Source: Candidatus Krumholzibacteriia bacterium (GTDB taxonomy: Bacteria > Krumholzibacteriota > Krumholzibacteriia > Krumholzibacteriales > Krumholzibacteriaceae). Taken from it: 64,000 nt of DNA. The notes beneath the pieces are model-generated. The model was not told the DNA's origin, made no database searches, and saw nothing but the letters and a program-made list of their open reading frames with translations. The DNA is taken from NCBI GenBank assembly GCA_963836185.1, contig CAWIIQ010000002.1, positions 1 to 64,000 on the forward strand, in the 5' to 3' direction. Of this stretch, positions 1 to 11,004 are shown in pieces; positions within the stretch are counted from its first letter, which is position 1; each line of letters begins with the position of its first letter. The translations under genes were made by a program, and so were the position numbers.

Positions 1-1
1 G

Positions 2-829
2 TATATCGACAGGGATGGCAACGAACTTAACAGCCTGAATCTAAGTGAGCTTGACCCTTCACTTCCTGATGTTGATCTGCAGATGAATCTGACGAGCTGG
101 GCAACCGTGCCTGCTGTTGCCTGGGGGTCGTATTTCGATCTTCTCGGAGGTGCGAGGTATGTCTTTGCCATCTCACCGAGCTATGCCTCGGCCGACGGCT
201 CGGTTGTTTCCGAGCGAGGCGCGGGAGTAGCGGACAGTACGATCACAGAATACGAGGAAGGGACGGTCTCGGGCTGGGGCGACCTCTTCGTCTCTCCTGT
301 GCAGCTCTACTGGACTTTCGAAAAGTTCGACGTCGCCGCGATGTATGGATTCTACGCCCCCACAGGACGATATGAGACCGGCGCTGACGACAACATGGGG
401 CTCGGATTCTGGACGCACCAGTTTCAGGGCTACGGGTATTACTATCCTGTAGCCGATAAGTCGACCGCTCTTATGGTCGGCCTCACCTACGAACTGACCG
501 GCGATATCAAGGACGAGGACATGAATCCGGGCAATCGTTTCACTCTCGAGTGGGGATTCAGCCAGTATCTCACCGATCAGTTCGAGATAGGTGTTCAGGG
601 CGGCCACAACTTCCAGATAAGCGATGACAGCGGAAGCGATGTCTACTGGAATGCCGGCGTGCATGACCGCAAGAGCACGGTCGCTTTCAGCGCCGGTTTC
701 TGGCCCTTCCCCGGTTGGCTGTACATTTCCGGGAAGTATGCCTTTGACTTCGGCTGCGTCCAGCGCTTCAAGACCGATACATGGATGATCAACCTGATCC
801 TGCTGACGAATGTTCTGACGGGAGAATAA
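2..829 (+). CDS. SphA/MetA-pathway-type outer-membrane beta-barrel protein (5' truncated by window edge)
   Basis: Frame is open from position 2 (YIDRDGNELN...). Motifs GWGDLFVSP, FYAPTGRY...NMGLGFWT and alternating aromatic beta-strands are typical of this transporter family. Confidence 0.7.
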   Translation, partial: YIDRDGNELNSLNLSELDPSLPDVDLQMNLTSWATVPAVAWGSYFDLLGGARYVFAISPSYASADGSVVSERGAGVADSTITEYEEGTVSGWGDLFVSPVQLYWTFEKFDVAAMYGFYAPTGRYETGADDNMGLGFWTHQFQGYGYYYPVADKSTALMVGLTYELTGDIKDEDMNPGNRFTLEWGFSQYLTDQFEIGVQGGHNFQISDDSGSDVYWNAGVHDRKSTVAFSAGFWPFPGWLYISGKYAFDFGCVQRFKTDTWMINLILLTNVLTGE

Positions 830-863
830 CGCTCCAGTCGGAGGACTGTTAACTGGAAGGAAG

Positions 864-3800
864 ATGATGAATGCCAGACAGCATAAATCCCGCAGAATGA
901 TGCCGGTCAAGGCAGCAGTGTTGCTGCTGTCAGCATTCATCGTGATACTTCCGGCGCTTCATGCCCGGGCGGATGGCGACGTAACAGATATAAAAGGCGA
1001 TGAGCTCGTCAGGTCGATGAGCTCTCCCGTCTACTGGAAACCTCATGCCGGGCTGAGCCTGACCTGGAACCAGTTTGGCGATACCGACAGGATAGAGGGC
1101 GAGTTCCGGCTCGGTATATACAAGGACCTGCTCAATCCGGCGATCGGCGCGTTCGGGCTCAACCTCGAGGGGTACGCCGGTTCCTTCGCCCACGAGTTCG
1201 ATGGCGGGGTCAGGCTTCTCGGTGAAATCAAGTTCTTCATGCTCCAGTTCGGAGCCGATTATCTCATAGGAGAGGAAAGTTGGACTTCCTGTTGTCATTG
1301 AAATTTCCGCTGCGGCGAGGCGGGCTTTTCGGCAGGGGCGGAAGCATGAGGATCGACTGGCTGCCTGGTCGTGACAACGCCCTCAGTGTCGGACTCGATG
1401 TGCCGCTGGGACAGCACTGGATGGGGAGGACCAGGCCGAAAGAATCGAATGTGGACCTTCCGAAACCCGCCAAGGTCAAGGATTCCGGTTTCATCCCTTC
1501 ACCTGAACTAAAGGTCGTTCTCGGCAATATCGGCGAGGGGATGGGGATGCTGCACGAGTACACGGTCCCATTCTTCGATGACGAGAGAAAGAAGGGGGAG
1601 AAAGAACTTGGCAAGCTGAAGGTCGAACTGGCGGATTTCAGGGAGTTTTACTACAGCAAGGATGAGGATTTTCCCGACGGGCATACCTACGATGCGACGA
1701 TAAAATATTATCACCGCGAGACTGAACGGGCCTTCGACATCGCATGCGGGCTGGATGCCGGGGACGAGACAGGAATTAAGATATGGCGTTCCGCCAGGGA
1801 GATCCTCCTCAAGGAGGTCATAATCCCTTACAACCGCCTCCTCGGAGAGCGCAAGAAGAGGGATACGGTGATCGGGCTCGGGCAGACTGCCGAGCTGAAG
1901 TTCCGGAAGTCGATGGAGTCAACTTCGCTCGTGCCGGCTGGCGACAGGGATGCGGCCCTTTATGTATTCCGCGGCCTTGTCGATCATATCGAGACAGAGC
2001 GGAAGTATCAGCAGACCCTGTGGGGAGATTCGCGAATCGTCTGGCTGCCTATGAATTTCGCTCTCAAGACAGAGGAGCACGATACCCAGAAAGAGATCGA
2101 TTCACTGATCGAGCTTGCCGTCGATCAGGAGTTCACCGGCGGGAACGACGTGCATTACGTGATGAACCAGCAGTTTCAGAATGAGCTCGCTCATTTTATA
2201 CACAGGGCCAGGGACTACCATGTTCTCTGGATCCATGATTACAGGGGCCTGAACGCCGTCAAGGAGCCCGACCTGATCGGGTACCGCATGACCCTCGAAG
2301 GATACCTCCGGGCACTGATCGATCGCGTCAAGGAGTACGACGAGACGGGCAGGATCCCCGTTTACATGATCTTCCTCGACCAGATCTACTTCGAGGCAAA
2401 CAAGGGGATCATCTGGCTCGAACTCCTCGAGAACCCCCTTGAGCACAAGCTCAAGCTTAAAAAGGGATATGAAGAATGGGAGGAAAAGATACGTTCCGCC
2501 CAGGATGAGTTGAGAAAGGCCGTCGCCGAATCAAAGGGACTGCAGGCGGGGCTTGAAAAATACGGAAAAGACTGGCTCAGGAACAGGGTAAAGGTACAGG
2601 TCAATATCACGAACCCGCCTGATTTCTCCTACCGAAGCGCTCACCTCGTCAAGTACCTCTTCTTCATGCCCGATATCGTGATGATGGATCACAGGAAGAT
2701 AAGCTTCTACGATGTGACGGAGCTCGATCCGGGAAAGGGCGAGGCTATCTATACCGGTATGGGTGTCGGGGAGCACTACGCCGGACCTACCTGGGAGGAC
2801 CGGGCGCTGCTGGCCAGGGGCCCCGCGCTTGTCGCCCTGAAGGACTGCGCCCGCGAGATGCTCACGGTACAGGGGTTCAGGAAGGATGAGATCCCTTACG
2901 TTCTCCGCCAGCAGAAGAAGCCGGAGAATTATGGCGATATGGTCAAGTCGCTCAAGGCGAAGGGCTGGCAGGTGGATGCGCTGCAGGTCCACAACAGGAC
3001 AGGATTCGGGTCGAAAAAGGCCAATGTCATCAAGGCTGCGATCTACAACCTGATGCCTGCCGGATCACATATGTATATCCCCGATTCGCTGTGGAACAGC
3101 TTCCTCTGGGGAGGGCTGCTGACCGGCGCCTCGACGCGGGGATGCAAGGTCTTCGTTGTGGCGCCTTCTCTCGCAAACGCTCCGAGTTCGGGGCTTCCGC
3201 AGATGTCGAGGGCGAACGAGCTCTTTACCCGGTTCGTGATGATACAGAACGAGGTGCAGGACATAATCGAAGATTCGGGCGGGATGTTCAGGGTCGGTAT
3301 CTATGACCCGGCGTTCGATGTCGACGACCAGATCGGCAGGGGCAAGGCATTGGAGGAAGCCTTCTCGAATGTGCCCTGGATGAAGGATGTCGTGCCCTTC
3401 GATCCTTCCGTCCTGGAAATGCTTGCTGAGCTACAAAAGGAATTCGAGGAGAGGGGCTTTAAGTCGAAATACCTCGCAGAAGATGTAGAGGCGAGAAGGC
3501 CGAAGCTTCACCGCAAGACTCAACTCTTTCTCTCCAGCGAAGTAGTGTCGACTCTCGTGCCTTTGCCAGGCTGGAGCGACTACCTGGAGGAGTATGCCTT
3601 TGCCCGTGCCGAGCAGGTGCAGAGCGATAAATATGTCGATGTCAAGAAGCTGCGCTACAGGGTTTCCTCGGGCGTAACGGAATTGGTGCGCGAATGGGAG
3701 GGGAATCTTGACGCCGAGCAGAGATCAAAGCTGGTCATCTATCTCATGGCGGGGTCACATAACCAGAACTACCGCAGCATAGCGCTGGACGGCGAGGCCC

Positions 3801-3964
3801 TATTTACAGTCACAGGCCTCGGGGCAATGGTCAGCTACCTGGATTTTGTCACTCTTCTGGGCAGCTGTACCTGGGTGGACAGTGTCGATCAGCTCGATAA
3901 GCTTCTCCCCGAGGTCGAAGGAACCGGATACAAGTTCAGCAGGGGATTGAAGAAGCTGTTCTGA
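864..3964 (+). CDS. Large exported phospholipase D-superfamily protein with N-terminal beta-strand-rich domain (frameshift near 1275 joins ORFs 864-1301 and 1280-3964)
   Basis: Signal peptide (AAVLLLSAFIVILPALHARA). HxKxxxxD motif HRKISFYD at ~2690, second HRK at ~3509, GSHNQNYRS..DGE at ~3752. Adding one A to GGAAAGTTG gives a continuous YLIGEEKLDFLLSL. Confidence 0.65.
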
Positions 3965-3981
3965 TCCTGGTGGTAATATAC

Positions 3982-4713
3982 ATGAAGGCAAGCAGGGTTG
4001 TCACAGGTATCAGCGCGGTATTGCTTATCCTCACCGGATCGAGCGGCCCGGTCATGTCCCAGTCATCCGGTGACGTCAACGAGCAGTTCTGGGTCGACTT
4101 CGATCCGAGCTATTATTTCAATCCTCACCTGAAGGTCTTCGGCGAGATCGGTGCGCGAACGCAGATCGGCAATAACGACTGGTGGCGCTTCGTGCTGGTC
4201 CCCGCGGTCAGGACAAGGATAAAGAATGGAAGGTTCTATTTCACCGGCGGAGTGGGGAATTACTACACATTCAACGAACTGATCAATGACAGGTACGAGT
4301 TGGCTCCATACCAGATGGTTGATTTCGTCTGGCCGAAATGGAGGGTCCCGTTTCATCACCATATACGAGTCGATGAGCGTTTTGACTTCAACACGGGAAC
4401 GTGGGATTCAAAGAACTCCGCCAGACTTCGATACAAGCTGCAGCTGTCATACAAGTGGGCCGCCGTTCGAAAGTATCGCTACTGGAAAGTAACTGCAGGA
4501 GCGGAAGGTTTCTATACATTCATCGGTGAGCAGGGGCAGTTCCAGGAGAAATCAAGGTTGACAGCGGGCGTCGACAGGAGTCTCGCCCGCAACAACCACC
4601 TGCGCTTCGAGGTCACGTGGCAGCAAAAAGCACGGTTTTTCGAGTATAGCGACATCTCCGACATCTACTTCAGGTTCCGGTATACGAGAAGCTGGGGGAA
4701 TATGAAGGGATGA
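3982..4713 (+). CDS. DUF2490-like outer-membrane beta-barrel protein
   Basis: Signal peptide; E-x-x-PYQ, HHIRVDERF and RLRYKL motifs; amphipathic strands. Confidence 0.65.
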   Translation: MKASRVVTGISAVLLILTGSSGPVMSQSSGDVNEQFWVDFDPSYYFNPHLKVFGEIGARTQIGNNDWWRFVLVPAVRTRIKNGRFYFTGGVGNYYTFNELINDRYELAPYQMVDFVWPKWRVPFHHHIRVDERFDFNTGTWDSKNSARLRYKLQLSYKWAAVRKYRYWKVTAGAEGFYTFIGEQGQFQEKSRLTAGVDRSLARNNHLRFEVTWQQKARFFEYSDISDIYFRFRYTRSWGNMKG

Positions 4714-4802
4714 TGACCTGTGGGTCCTCACAGGAGTCGAAAGGGGCCGCGCCTGGAGCATGGTTGCCCCGCCCCCGCAATTTTAAATGATGGAGTGCTG
4801 AT

Positions 4803-7256
4803 ATGAATTCATACGTATCTGTCAAGTCGCTACGCTTCTTTGTGTTCACTCTGTGTCTGGTGATCGGTATGATCGCTGGCTCTTCGGCCACAGCGCAGGG
4901 CGTGAACGGTCAGGCCGCTGATTCCGAGGCAGCATCCACTGTTACATCTCCGGACCTTGCCGACCTGATACCGATGGCCAGCGAACTGGCCGGCCGTCTG
5001 AAAGCTCTTGAAAATATTCTGACGGATCTGCCGGAAATCTCGACGCTTGAGGCGAAGTATTCTGCTATCGATTCCAGTCTCGCCTATCCAGCAGAGCGGT
5101 TTGAAAGACTCAAGGCCGCGGGGGATTTCCGTTATAACAGGATCATGGAGATAAGAGAGGAAATAAGGCGTGAGAAGAGGAAGTTCGAGGAGGCGAGCAG
5201 CCAGCTGAGCAGCGTAATCCGGATTCTGGGAGTTCAGAGGGACAAGTGGCTGACTGAGAAGGAAACATGGAATAAGTGGCAGGCCGCGATGAAGAGCGAT
5301 GCAGAGCTTGAGCAACTCGAATCGACCTTTGAAAAGGTCAACGGTACTGTCGAGACCGCTCTTGCCCTCATTCTTTCGAAGCTGAGCCCCATGCTGACCT
5401 TACAGATGAATGCCGGGAGCACCCACGAGAAGATCATCGCACTGACGGTGGAAATCGATGTAATTCTGGAGCGCAGGCAGAGCAGCGCCTTGACCGAATC
5501 TTCTCCCTTCATGCTGTCCTCCGAATTTATTGCCCAGGTTAAAACCGGTTTCTGGGATATTCATCGCCTTGGGCTCGATGAGTTATCCATTCCGGGTAGA
5601 GAATTTCTGTCAAGGCGGGGATGGCTCGTTACTATGCAGGTCCTGTTTTCGCTGTTGTTGATCGCGGCATTCTATAAGAAAAGGACGGTGCTGAAAGGTT
5701 CGGAGCGATGGCGTTTTCTCGGCGAGAGACCCTTATCGGCAGGACTCTTTTTTATCAGTATCGCAAATATGCTCATCTATGAATACGGCGAGGCTCCTGA
5801 AATATTGAAGCTGGTCAATATGACAGTCGCGGCGGTCACATTTGTCCGCCTTTCCTCAAGCCTTGTAGACAAATCCTGGAAAAGGATGGCGATCGCCGGG
5901 CTGATGGCAGTGCTGATCGTCACCTACTTTCTCTATTTCTTCGGCGTGGCCCAACCGTATTTCAGGATTTATACAGTACTGGTGTCTCTCCTCATGGTCA
6001 TACTGTGCCTGCGCTGGGTTTCGGTAAGCAGGAGAAGTGATGAATCGGTTCTTTATGCATATTTGCTTATCGTATGCTCTTTCATATTTGCCGTCGTAGT
6101 GGTCACAGAGATATGGGGAGTCGGCAAGCTGCCTATATTCCTGCTGATCTCATTTATTGAGACTGTCGCGACAGTTGTTGTCTTCATGCTTTTCCTCTAC
6201 ATCATCCGTGGAGGGATCGAGCGGCTGTTCCGCGGAGGGACGCTTCGGCAGACGTCACTGCTCAAGAATGTAGATACTGATAATGTAATCCGCAGGACGT
6301 CAAATTTTATCGATTTCGTGATATGCGGGCTTGTCCTGGTGCCCGGCATTCTGGTGATCTGGGGAGTATACCAGAGCCTGGGAGAAGCAACCGAGGAACT
6401 CCTGTCGCTGGGATTCACGCTGGGGTCAAAGCACATCAGTGTCGGACTGCTTATAACAACAACGGCCATTATATACGGGGTCTTCTTTATATCCTGGATT
6501 ATCCAAAGATCCCTGATGGAAGGCATGTTCGCCAAATTCAGGGCAGAAAGGGGTGTGCGATATTCCATAGCGCGACTGGTACACTATGTCATCGTCTTCA
6601 TTGGGTTCCTGATCGTGATATCTGTGCTGGGATTCGACATAACCAAGTTCACCATTCTGATCAGTGCGCTTGGTGTCGGCATCGGCTTCGGCCTGCAGGG
6701 CATAGTGAATAACTTCGTCAGCGGTCTCATTCTGCTCTTTGAACGCCCGGTGCGGGTCGGGGATTATATCGAGATAACCGGAAAGTGGGTTGAGATAAAG
6801 AAGATAGGTATCAGGTCTACGCTGGTCCATACGTTCGACGATGCAGATGTGATAATCCCCAACGCCGACCTTATTTCCAACCAGGTTGTCAACTGGACGC
6901 TCAGCAACCGTCAGATCAGGCTGATTGTTCCCCTGGGTGTCGCGTACGGATCGAACGTGGAACTGGTAATGGAGAGGCTGCTCGCCTGTGCCGCCGCCGT
7001 CCCGAAGATCGCTAAGTCACCTCTGCCCAGAGTGCTGTTCCGCAAGTTCGGTGAGATATCTCTCGAATTCGAGCTCTGGATCTGGATCGTGGATGCTGAC
7101 TACAGGATGTCGATAATTAGTGAAATCCACCAGGAGATAGACAGGGCCTTCAAGGAAGCGGGGATAGAGATCGCCTTCCCGCAGCTCGATCTGCATCTGC
7201 GGAGCGTCAATGACGACGCTGTACTGCGTATTGAGGAAGACATCGATCAATCATAA
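4803..7256 (+). CDS. Large MscS/MscK-like mechanosensitive channel
   Basis: Signal peptide, periplasmic coiled coil, multiple TM helices, and MscS signature ALGVGIGFGLQGIVNNFVSGLILLFERPVRVGD...IAFPQ. Confidence 0.92.
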   Translation: MNSYVSVKSLRFFVFTLCLVIGMIAGSSATAQGVNGQAADSEAASTVTSPDLADLIPMASELAGRLKALENILTDLPEISTLEAKYSAIDSSLAYPAERFERLKAAGDFRYNRIMEIREEIRREKRKFEEASSQLSSVIRILGVQRDKWLTEKETWNKWQAAMKSDAELEQLESTFEKVNGTVETALALILSKLSPMLTLQMNAGSTHEKIIALTVEIDVILERRQSSALTESSPFMLSSEFIAQVKTGFWDIHRLGLDELSIPGREFLSRRGWLVTMQVLFSLLLIAAFYKKRTVLKGSERWRFLGERPLSAGLFFISIANMLIYEYGEAPEILKLVNMTVAAVTFVRLSSSLVDKSWKRMAIAGLMAVLIVTYFLYFFGVAQPYFRIYTVLVSLLMVILCLRWVSVSRRSDESVLYAYLLIVCSFIFAVVVVTEIWGVGKLPIFLLISFIETVATVVVFMLFLYIIRGGIERLFRGGTLRQTSLLKNVDTDNVIRRTSNFIDFVICGLVLVPGILVIWGVYQSLGEATEELLSLGFTLGSKHISVGLLITTTAIIYGVFFISWIIQRSLMEGMFAKFRAERGVRYSIARLVHYVIVFIGFLIVISVLGFDITKFTILISALGVGIGFGLQGIVNNFVSGLILLFERPVRVGDYIEITGKWVEIKKIGIRSTLVHTFDDADVIIPNADLISNQVVNWTLSNRQIRLIVPLGVAYGSNVELVMERLLACAAAVPKIAKSPLPRVLFRKFGEISLEFELWIWIVDADYRMSIISEIHQEIDRAFKEAGIEIAFPQLDLHLRSVNDDAVLRIEEDIDQS

Positions 7257-7454
7257 GGGAAGATGGATGAAAAGAATCTGCAGGTGGGCGGCAGGATCGT
7301 AGAGACAAAGAAGATGGTGCTCCTGAAATGATGTTTCACGTACTGAGACGTATTCCTTGTTGATATCCCCGCTTCAATAGTGCATAAATTGCTCGGTACT
7401 TCCGAACCTCATTATTTCTCCGCATCCGCACGTTGAACTGAAGGGCCTGAGAGG

Positions 7455-8870
7455 ATGACATACAAGCACGCACTCGCGCTGTACCCATATTTCAAGGATT
7501 CCACGGCCACCATGGGTGTCTTTCCTCCCACCGGGCTCGAATACATAATCACGAACATGACCGACCTTGTCGAGAAGATCACCTTCCTCGATCTCCGGTA
7601 CGACATGGAATACCGCGACATCGACGTCCTGTCAGGATTCATCAATGAAGAGATAGACCTTATATGCATCGGGATCATGTGGGACACGCAGTTCGACGAG
7701 ATATGCGACCTGATCGCCAGCCTGCCCGCTGATGTCACCACAGTCGTGGGAGGGAGCAAGGCGACCGAGGAGGTCGAGACCCTGCTGGAGAGATGCCCCA
7801 ATATCGATTTCGTCGTCAGGGGCGAGGGAGAGGATACGATAAGGGAGATTATCAACGGTGTCCCCGCCAGGGATATCCTCGGGCTCTCGTTCCGGGAGAA
7901 CGGAGAGATGGTCCACAATGCGAACAGGGCCCTTCCCGAGATCCTCGGCACCGCATACCCGGACAGGTCGCTGCGCCGCCACGATTACCACTGGGTGCAG
8001 AACGGTGCGCGGATAGCGAGGTTCACATTCGATACCGTACTGACCTCGAGGGGCTGTCCCTACAACTGCAAGTTCTGCACGTTCAGCCTCAATCCCCTCG
8101 GACAGAAGAGGAAGTACACGGAGAGGCCCCTCGATCTTGTCATCGAGGAGCTGAAGAGCGTCACCGCCGATGTCGTCCTGTTCAGCGACGACAACTTCTT
8201 CACCAATCCGAGGCGAAGTGAAGAGCTCTGCGAGATGATCATCGATGCCGGGATTAAGAAGACATTCCTCGTCCAGACCCGGATCGAGATCTCGAAGAAT
8301 CCGAAGCTCCTGGAGCTGGCCGAGAAGGCGGGGTTCAAGGTATTCCTCATGGGCATCGAATCGCCCCATGACTGGATTCTCGAAGTGCTCAGCAAGGGAT
8401 TCAACCAGCAGCAGGTCAGGGACGCCTTCAAGGTCTTCAACAAGTTCAACTTCTACATCCACGGCTACTTCATCTACGGAAATATCGGTGAGACGGAAGA
8501 AGAGATGGTATACATCGCCCAGTTCGCCAAGGAACTGAAGCTCGATTCGATCAGCTTCCAGAAGCTGAGGGTGGAGAAGTTCTCTCCCCTGAAAGAAATT
8601 GTCGAGAACACACCGGGATATCACTGCGATTCAGTCGGCGGGCCGGTCTACTCCGACACGTACAGCCTCAGCGACCTGCGGCAGATCCGAAACAAGATAC
8701 GCAGCGAATTCTACAATCCGGCCCAGTTCCGCCAGATCCTCAAAAAGGCACATACCGCGGGGATATTCACTCCCTCCGATTTCGCGTACGCTTCACTCAA
8801 ACTGCCGAAGATCATCTACAAGCTCATCTGGAGAGAGTTCGAGAAAAAAGGTTGGGTCTCGGCAAGTTAG
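7455..8870 (+). CDS. B12-binding radical SAM protein
   Basis: PPTGLEY N-terminus, VVRGEGE, TSRGCPYNCKFC (CxxxCxxC), DDNFF, GIES. Confidence 0.9.
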   Translation: MTYKHALALYPYFKDSTATMGVFPPTGLEYIITNMTDLVEKITFLDLRYDMEYRDIDVLSGFINEEIDLICIGIMWDTQFDEICDLIASLPADVTTVVGGSKATEEVETLLERCPNIDFVVRGEGEDTIREIINGVPARDILGLSFRENGEMVHNANRALPEILGTAYPDRSLRRHDYHWVQNGARIARFTFDTVLTSRGCPYNCKFCTFSLNPLGQKRKYTERPLDLVIEELKSVTADVVLFSDDNFFTNPRRSEELCEMIIDAGIKKTFLVQTRIEISKNPKLLELAEKAGFKVFLMGIESPHDWILEVLSKGFNQQQVRDAFKVFNKFNFYIHGYFIYGNIGETEEEMVYIAQFAKELKLDSISFQKLRVEKFSPLKEIVENTPGYHCDSVGGPVYSDTYSLSDLRQIRNKIRSEFYNPAQFRQILKKAHTAGIFTPSDFAYASLKLPKIIYKLIWREFEKKGWVSAS

Positions 8871-8928
8871 CCTTTATCCTTCTGGAAGTAAGAGTGCTGT
8901 ATCTTGCCCCCCGGAAGAAGGGACAGTC

Positions 8929-10089
8929 ATGAGTAAGATTACGATCATGCTGGCGGTTCTTGGTCTTTTTCTGATTTCATGCGGGAGCGATTCGGACAGC
9001 CCGGTCGAACCGGACCCCGAAGTGTCGTTTAGCTTCGTCCATCACCAGGATATTGCCACTGAGGGGGCGGCAGACTTCGAGGCCTTCGAGATCGGTGGAC
9101 AACCATATCTCGCGGTGGCAAATGCTTCCGACGGAGGCAATCTGAATATAGATTCGAAGATATACATGTGGGACGCTGATTCCTTCGTGATCTTTCAGCT
9201 TATACCTACATCGCAGGCCTCCGACTGGGAATACTTCGAGATGGGCGGGGAGTCGTACCTTGCCGTAGCGAACCTTTATAACGGGAGCACGACCAATGTC
9301 GACTCGAAGATATACAGATGGAACGGTGCTTCTTTCCTGGAGTTCCAGTCGATCGTTACGAACGGCGCGGTCGACTGGGAGTATTTCGAGATCGGCACGG
9401 AGTCGTATCTCGCAGTAGCTAATGAGCATCAGGACTCCAACTACAACATCGATTCGAAGATATACCGCTGGGAAGTCGACTCATTCGTCGAATTCCAGTC
9501 GATCCCGACCAATGGCGCACTGGACTGGGAGTTCTTCACCGCCGGAACCGATTCATTCCTCGCTCTGGCAAACGGATTGAACGGGGGCTCGTACAATATC
9601 GACTCAAAGATATACCGATGGAACAGCAGCTCGTTCGTCGAGTTCCAGTCGATACCGACGAACAGGGCCAGGAGCTGGGAATCCTTCGAGACCGGAGGAG
9701 ATGTCTACCTGGCAGTCGCCAATTTCAGCAATGAAACCACCCAGGATATCGATTCGAAGATATATCTCTGGAACGGGATGTCGTTCACGGAGTATCAGTC
9801 GATCCCGACAAATGGTGCGACAGACTGGGAGTATTTTTCGATCGACGGGGATTCGTATCTTGCCGCCGCGAATTACTACAGCACCGCTGCGGGATCTTAT
9901 AATATCGATTCGAATATTTACCTCTGGAACGGTTCTTCCTTCCTGATTCATCAGGGGATAGCTTCGAGCGGAGCGCAGGACTGGGAACACTTCGTCATCG
10001 GCGGGGACCATTACCTCGGCTGCGCGAATCTGAGAAACGGACCGGCATTCCAGATAAACTCGATCATCCTGAAGGGGATCGCTGAATAG
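8929..10089 (+). CDS. Lipoprotein with seven EAR/EPTP (epitempin) repeats, predicted 7-bladed beta-propeller
   Basis: ATG 8929 after a purine-rich RBS; lipobox LFLISC; seven ~50-aa repeats FxxFQSIPTxGAxDWExFxIGxxxYLAVAN...NIDSKIYRW. Confidence 0.8.
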   Translation: MSKITIMLAVLGLFLISCGSDSDSPVEPDPEVSFSFVHHQDIATEGAADFEAFEIGGQPYLAVANASDGGNLNIDSKIYMWDADSFVIFQLIPTSQASDWEYFEMGGESYLAVANLYNGSTTNVDSKIYRWNGASFLEFQSIVTNGAVDWEYFEIGTESYLAVANEHQDSNYNIDSKIYRWEVDSFVEFQSIPTNGALDWEFFTAGTDSFLALANGLNGGSYNIDSKIYRWNSSSFVEFQSIPTNRARSWESFETGGDVYLAVANFSNETTQDIDSKIYLWNGMSFTEYQSIPTNGATDWEYFSIDGDSYLAAANYYSTAAGSYNIDSNIYLWNGSSFLIHQGIASSGAQDWEHFVIGGDHYLGCANLRNGPAFQINSIILKGIAE

Positions 10090-10109
10090 TCACCGGGAGC
10101 ATGCCCGGG

Positions 10110-11003
10110 TCATCGCCGGTTCCTGAATATCCCCACCACGCCTGACACGACGAGCGCCGCGCCTGTGATCGTATACCACGAGACGTCTTCACTGAGGACA
10201 AGCCATCCGAGGAAAACCGCAATCACCGGATTGACGTATGCGTATGTCATCACGACCTGGTAGGGGAGGAGCCGCAGGGTGGTCAGGTACGATGTGAAAC
10301 AGATCACCGAGCTCATCACCACGAGGTATCCCCACGCCATCCAGGCCTCGCCCGTTGGTGCGGGCAGAGGTTCCCTGCGGAGCAGTACAAACAGCAGGAG
10401 CCCCACACCTCCGAGAAGCTGCTGCCACCCCGACATCGCGCGGTCACTGAGGTCGAGCTTGCGTCGCTGAAGCCAGATCGAGCCGGCGGCCCAGGAAAGG
10501 GGCGCGAGAAGAAGGGCGATGACCGACAGGATATCGGCCGTGGTCCCCTGGCTGAGGACCGGCCATGACAGCACCCCTACGCCGATAAATCCGAGAACGA
10601 TAGAACCCGCCATGCTCCAGCCGGGCCATCTTCTGTCGACGATGCAGTTGACGCACTCCCCCCAGATCGGCATCGCCGCTACGAGAAGGGCCGCTAGCCC
10701 CGAAGAGACCCGCATCTCGGCCCAGCTCACCAGGCCGTTCCCCCCGACCCAGAGCATCAGGCCGCTTCCGAGCAGCAGGCCCAGTTCACCGCGGGTGAGC
10801 CTTATCCTTTCACCGCGAAGTTTTGCCCATGTCAGCAGAATCGCAGATGCTACGATAACGCGCATCAGCGCCATAGTGAAAGGGGGGAATCCGGAGCCGT
10901 CCCTTACCGCGACACGGATAGCGAGGTAGGTCGATCCCCAGACGATATAGACTATCGAGAGGTGCGCGAGTCCCCGCCTGTTGAGCTTGTTTTTTTCTTC
11001 CAT
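10110..11003 (-). CDS. EamA/DMT-family transporter (YedA-like)
   Basis: About 10 TM helices; VYIVWGSTYLAIR and YAYVNPVIAVFLG motifs. Confidence 0.9.
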   Translation of the reverse strand: MEEKNKLNRRGLAHLSIVYIVWGSTYLAIRVAVRDGSGFPPFTMALMRVIVASAILLTWAKLRGERIRLTRGELGLLLGSGLMLWVGGNGLVSWAEMRVSSGLAALLVAAMPIWGECVNCIVDRRWPGWSMAGSIVLGFIGVGVLSWPVLSQGTTADILSVIALLLAPLSWAAGSIWLQRRKLDLSDRAMSGWQQLLGGVGLLLFVLLRREPLPAPTGEAWMAWGYLVVMSSVICFTSYLTTLRLLPYQVVMTYAYVNPVIAVFLGWLVLSEDVSWYTITGAALVVSGVVGIFRNRR

Positions 11004-11004
11004 T

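Noticed and set aside
8599-8928. N-terminal extension of the EAR-repeat ORF
   Set aside because: It overlaps the radical SAM gene; the RBS and lipoprotein signal indicate a start at 8929.
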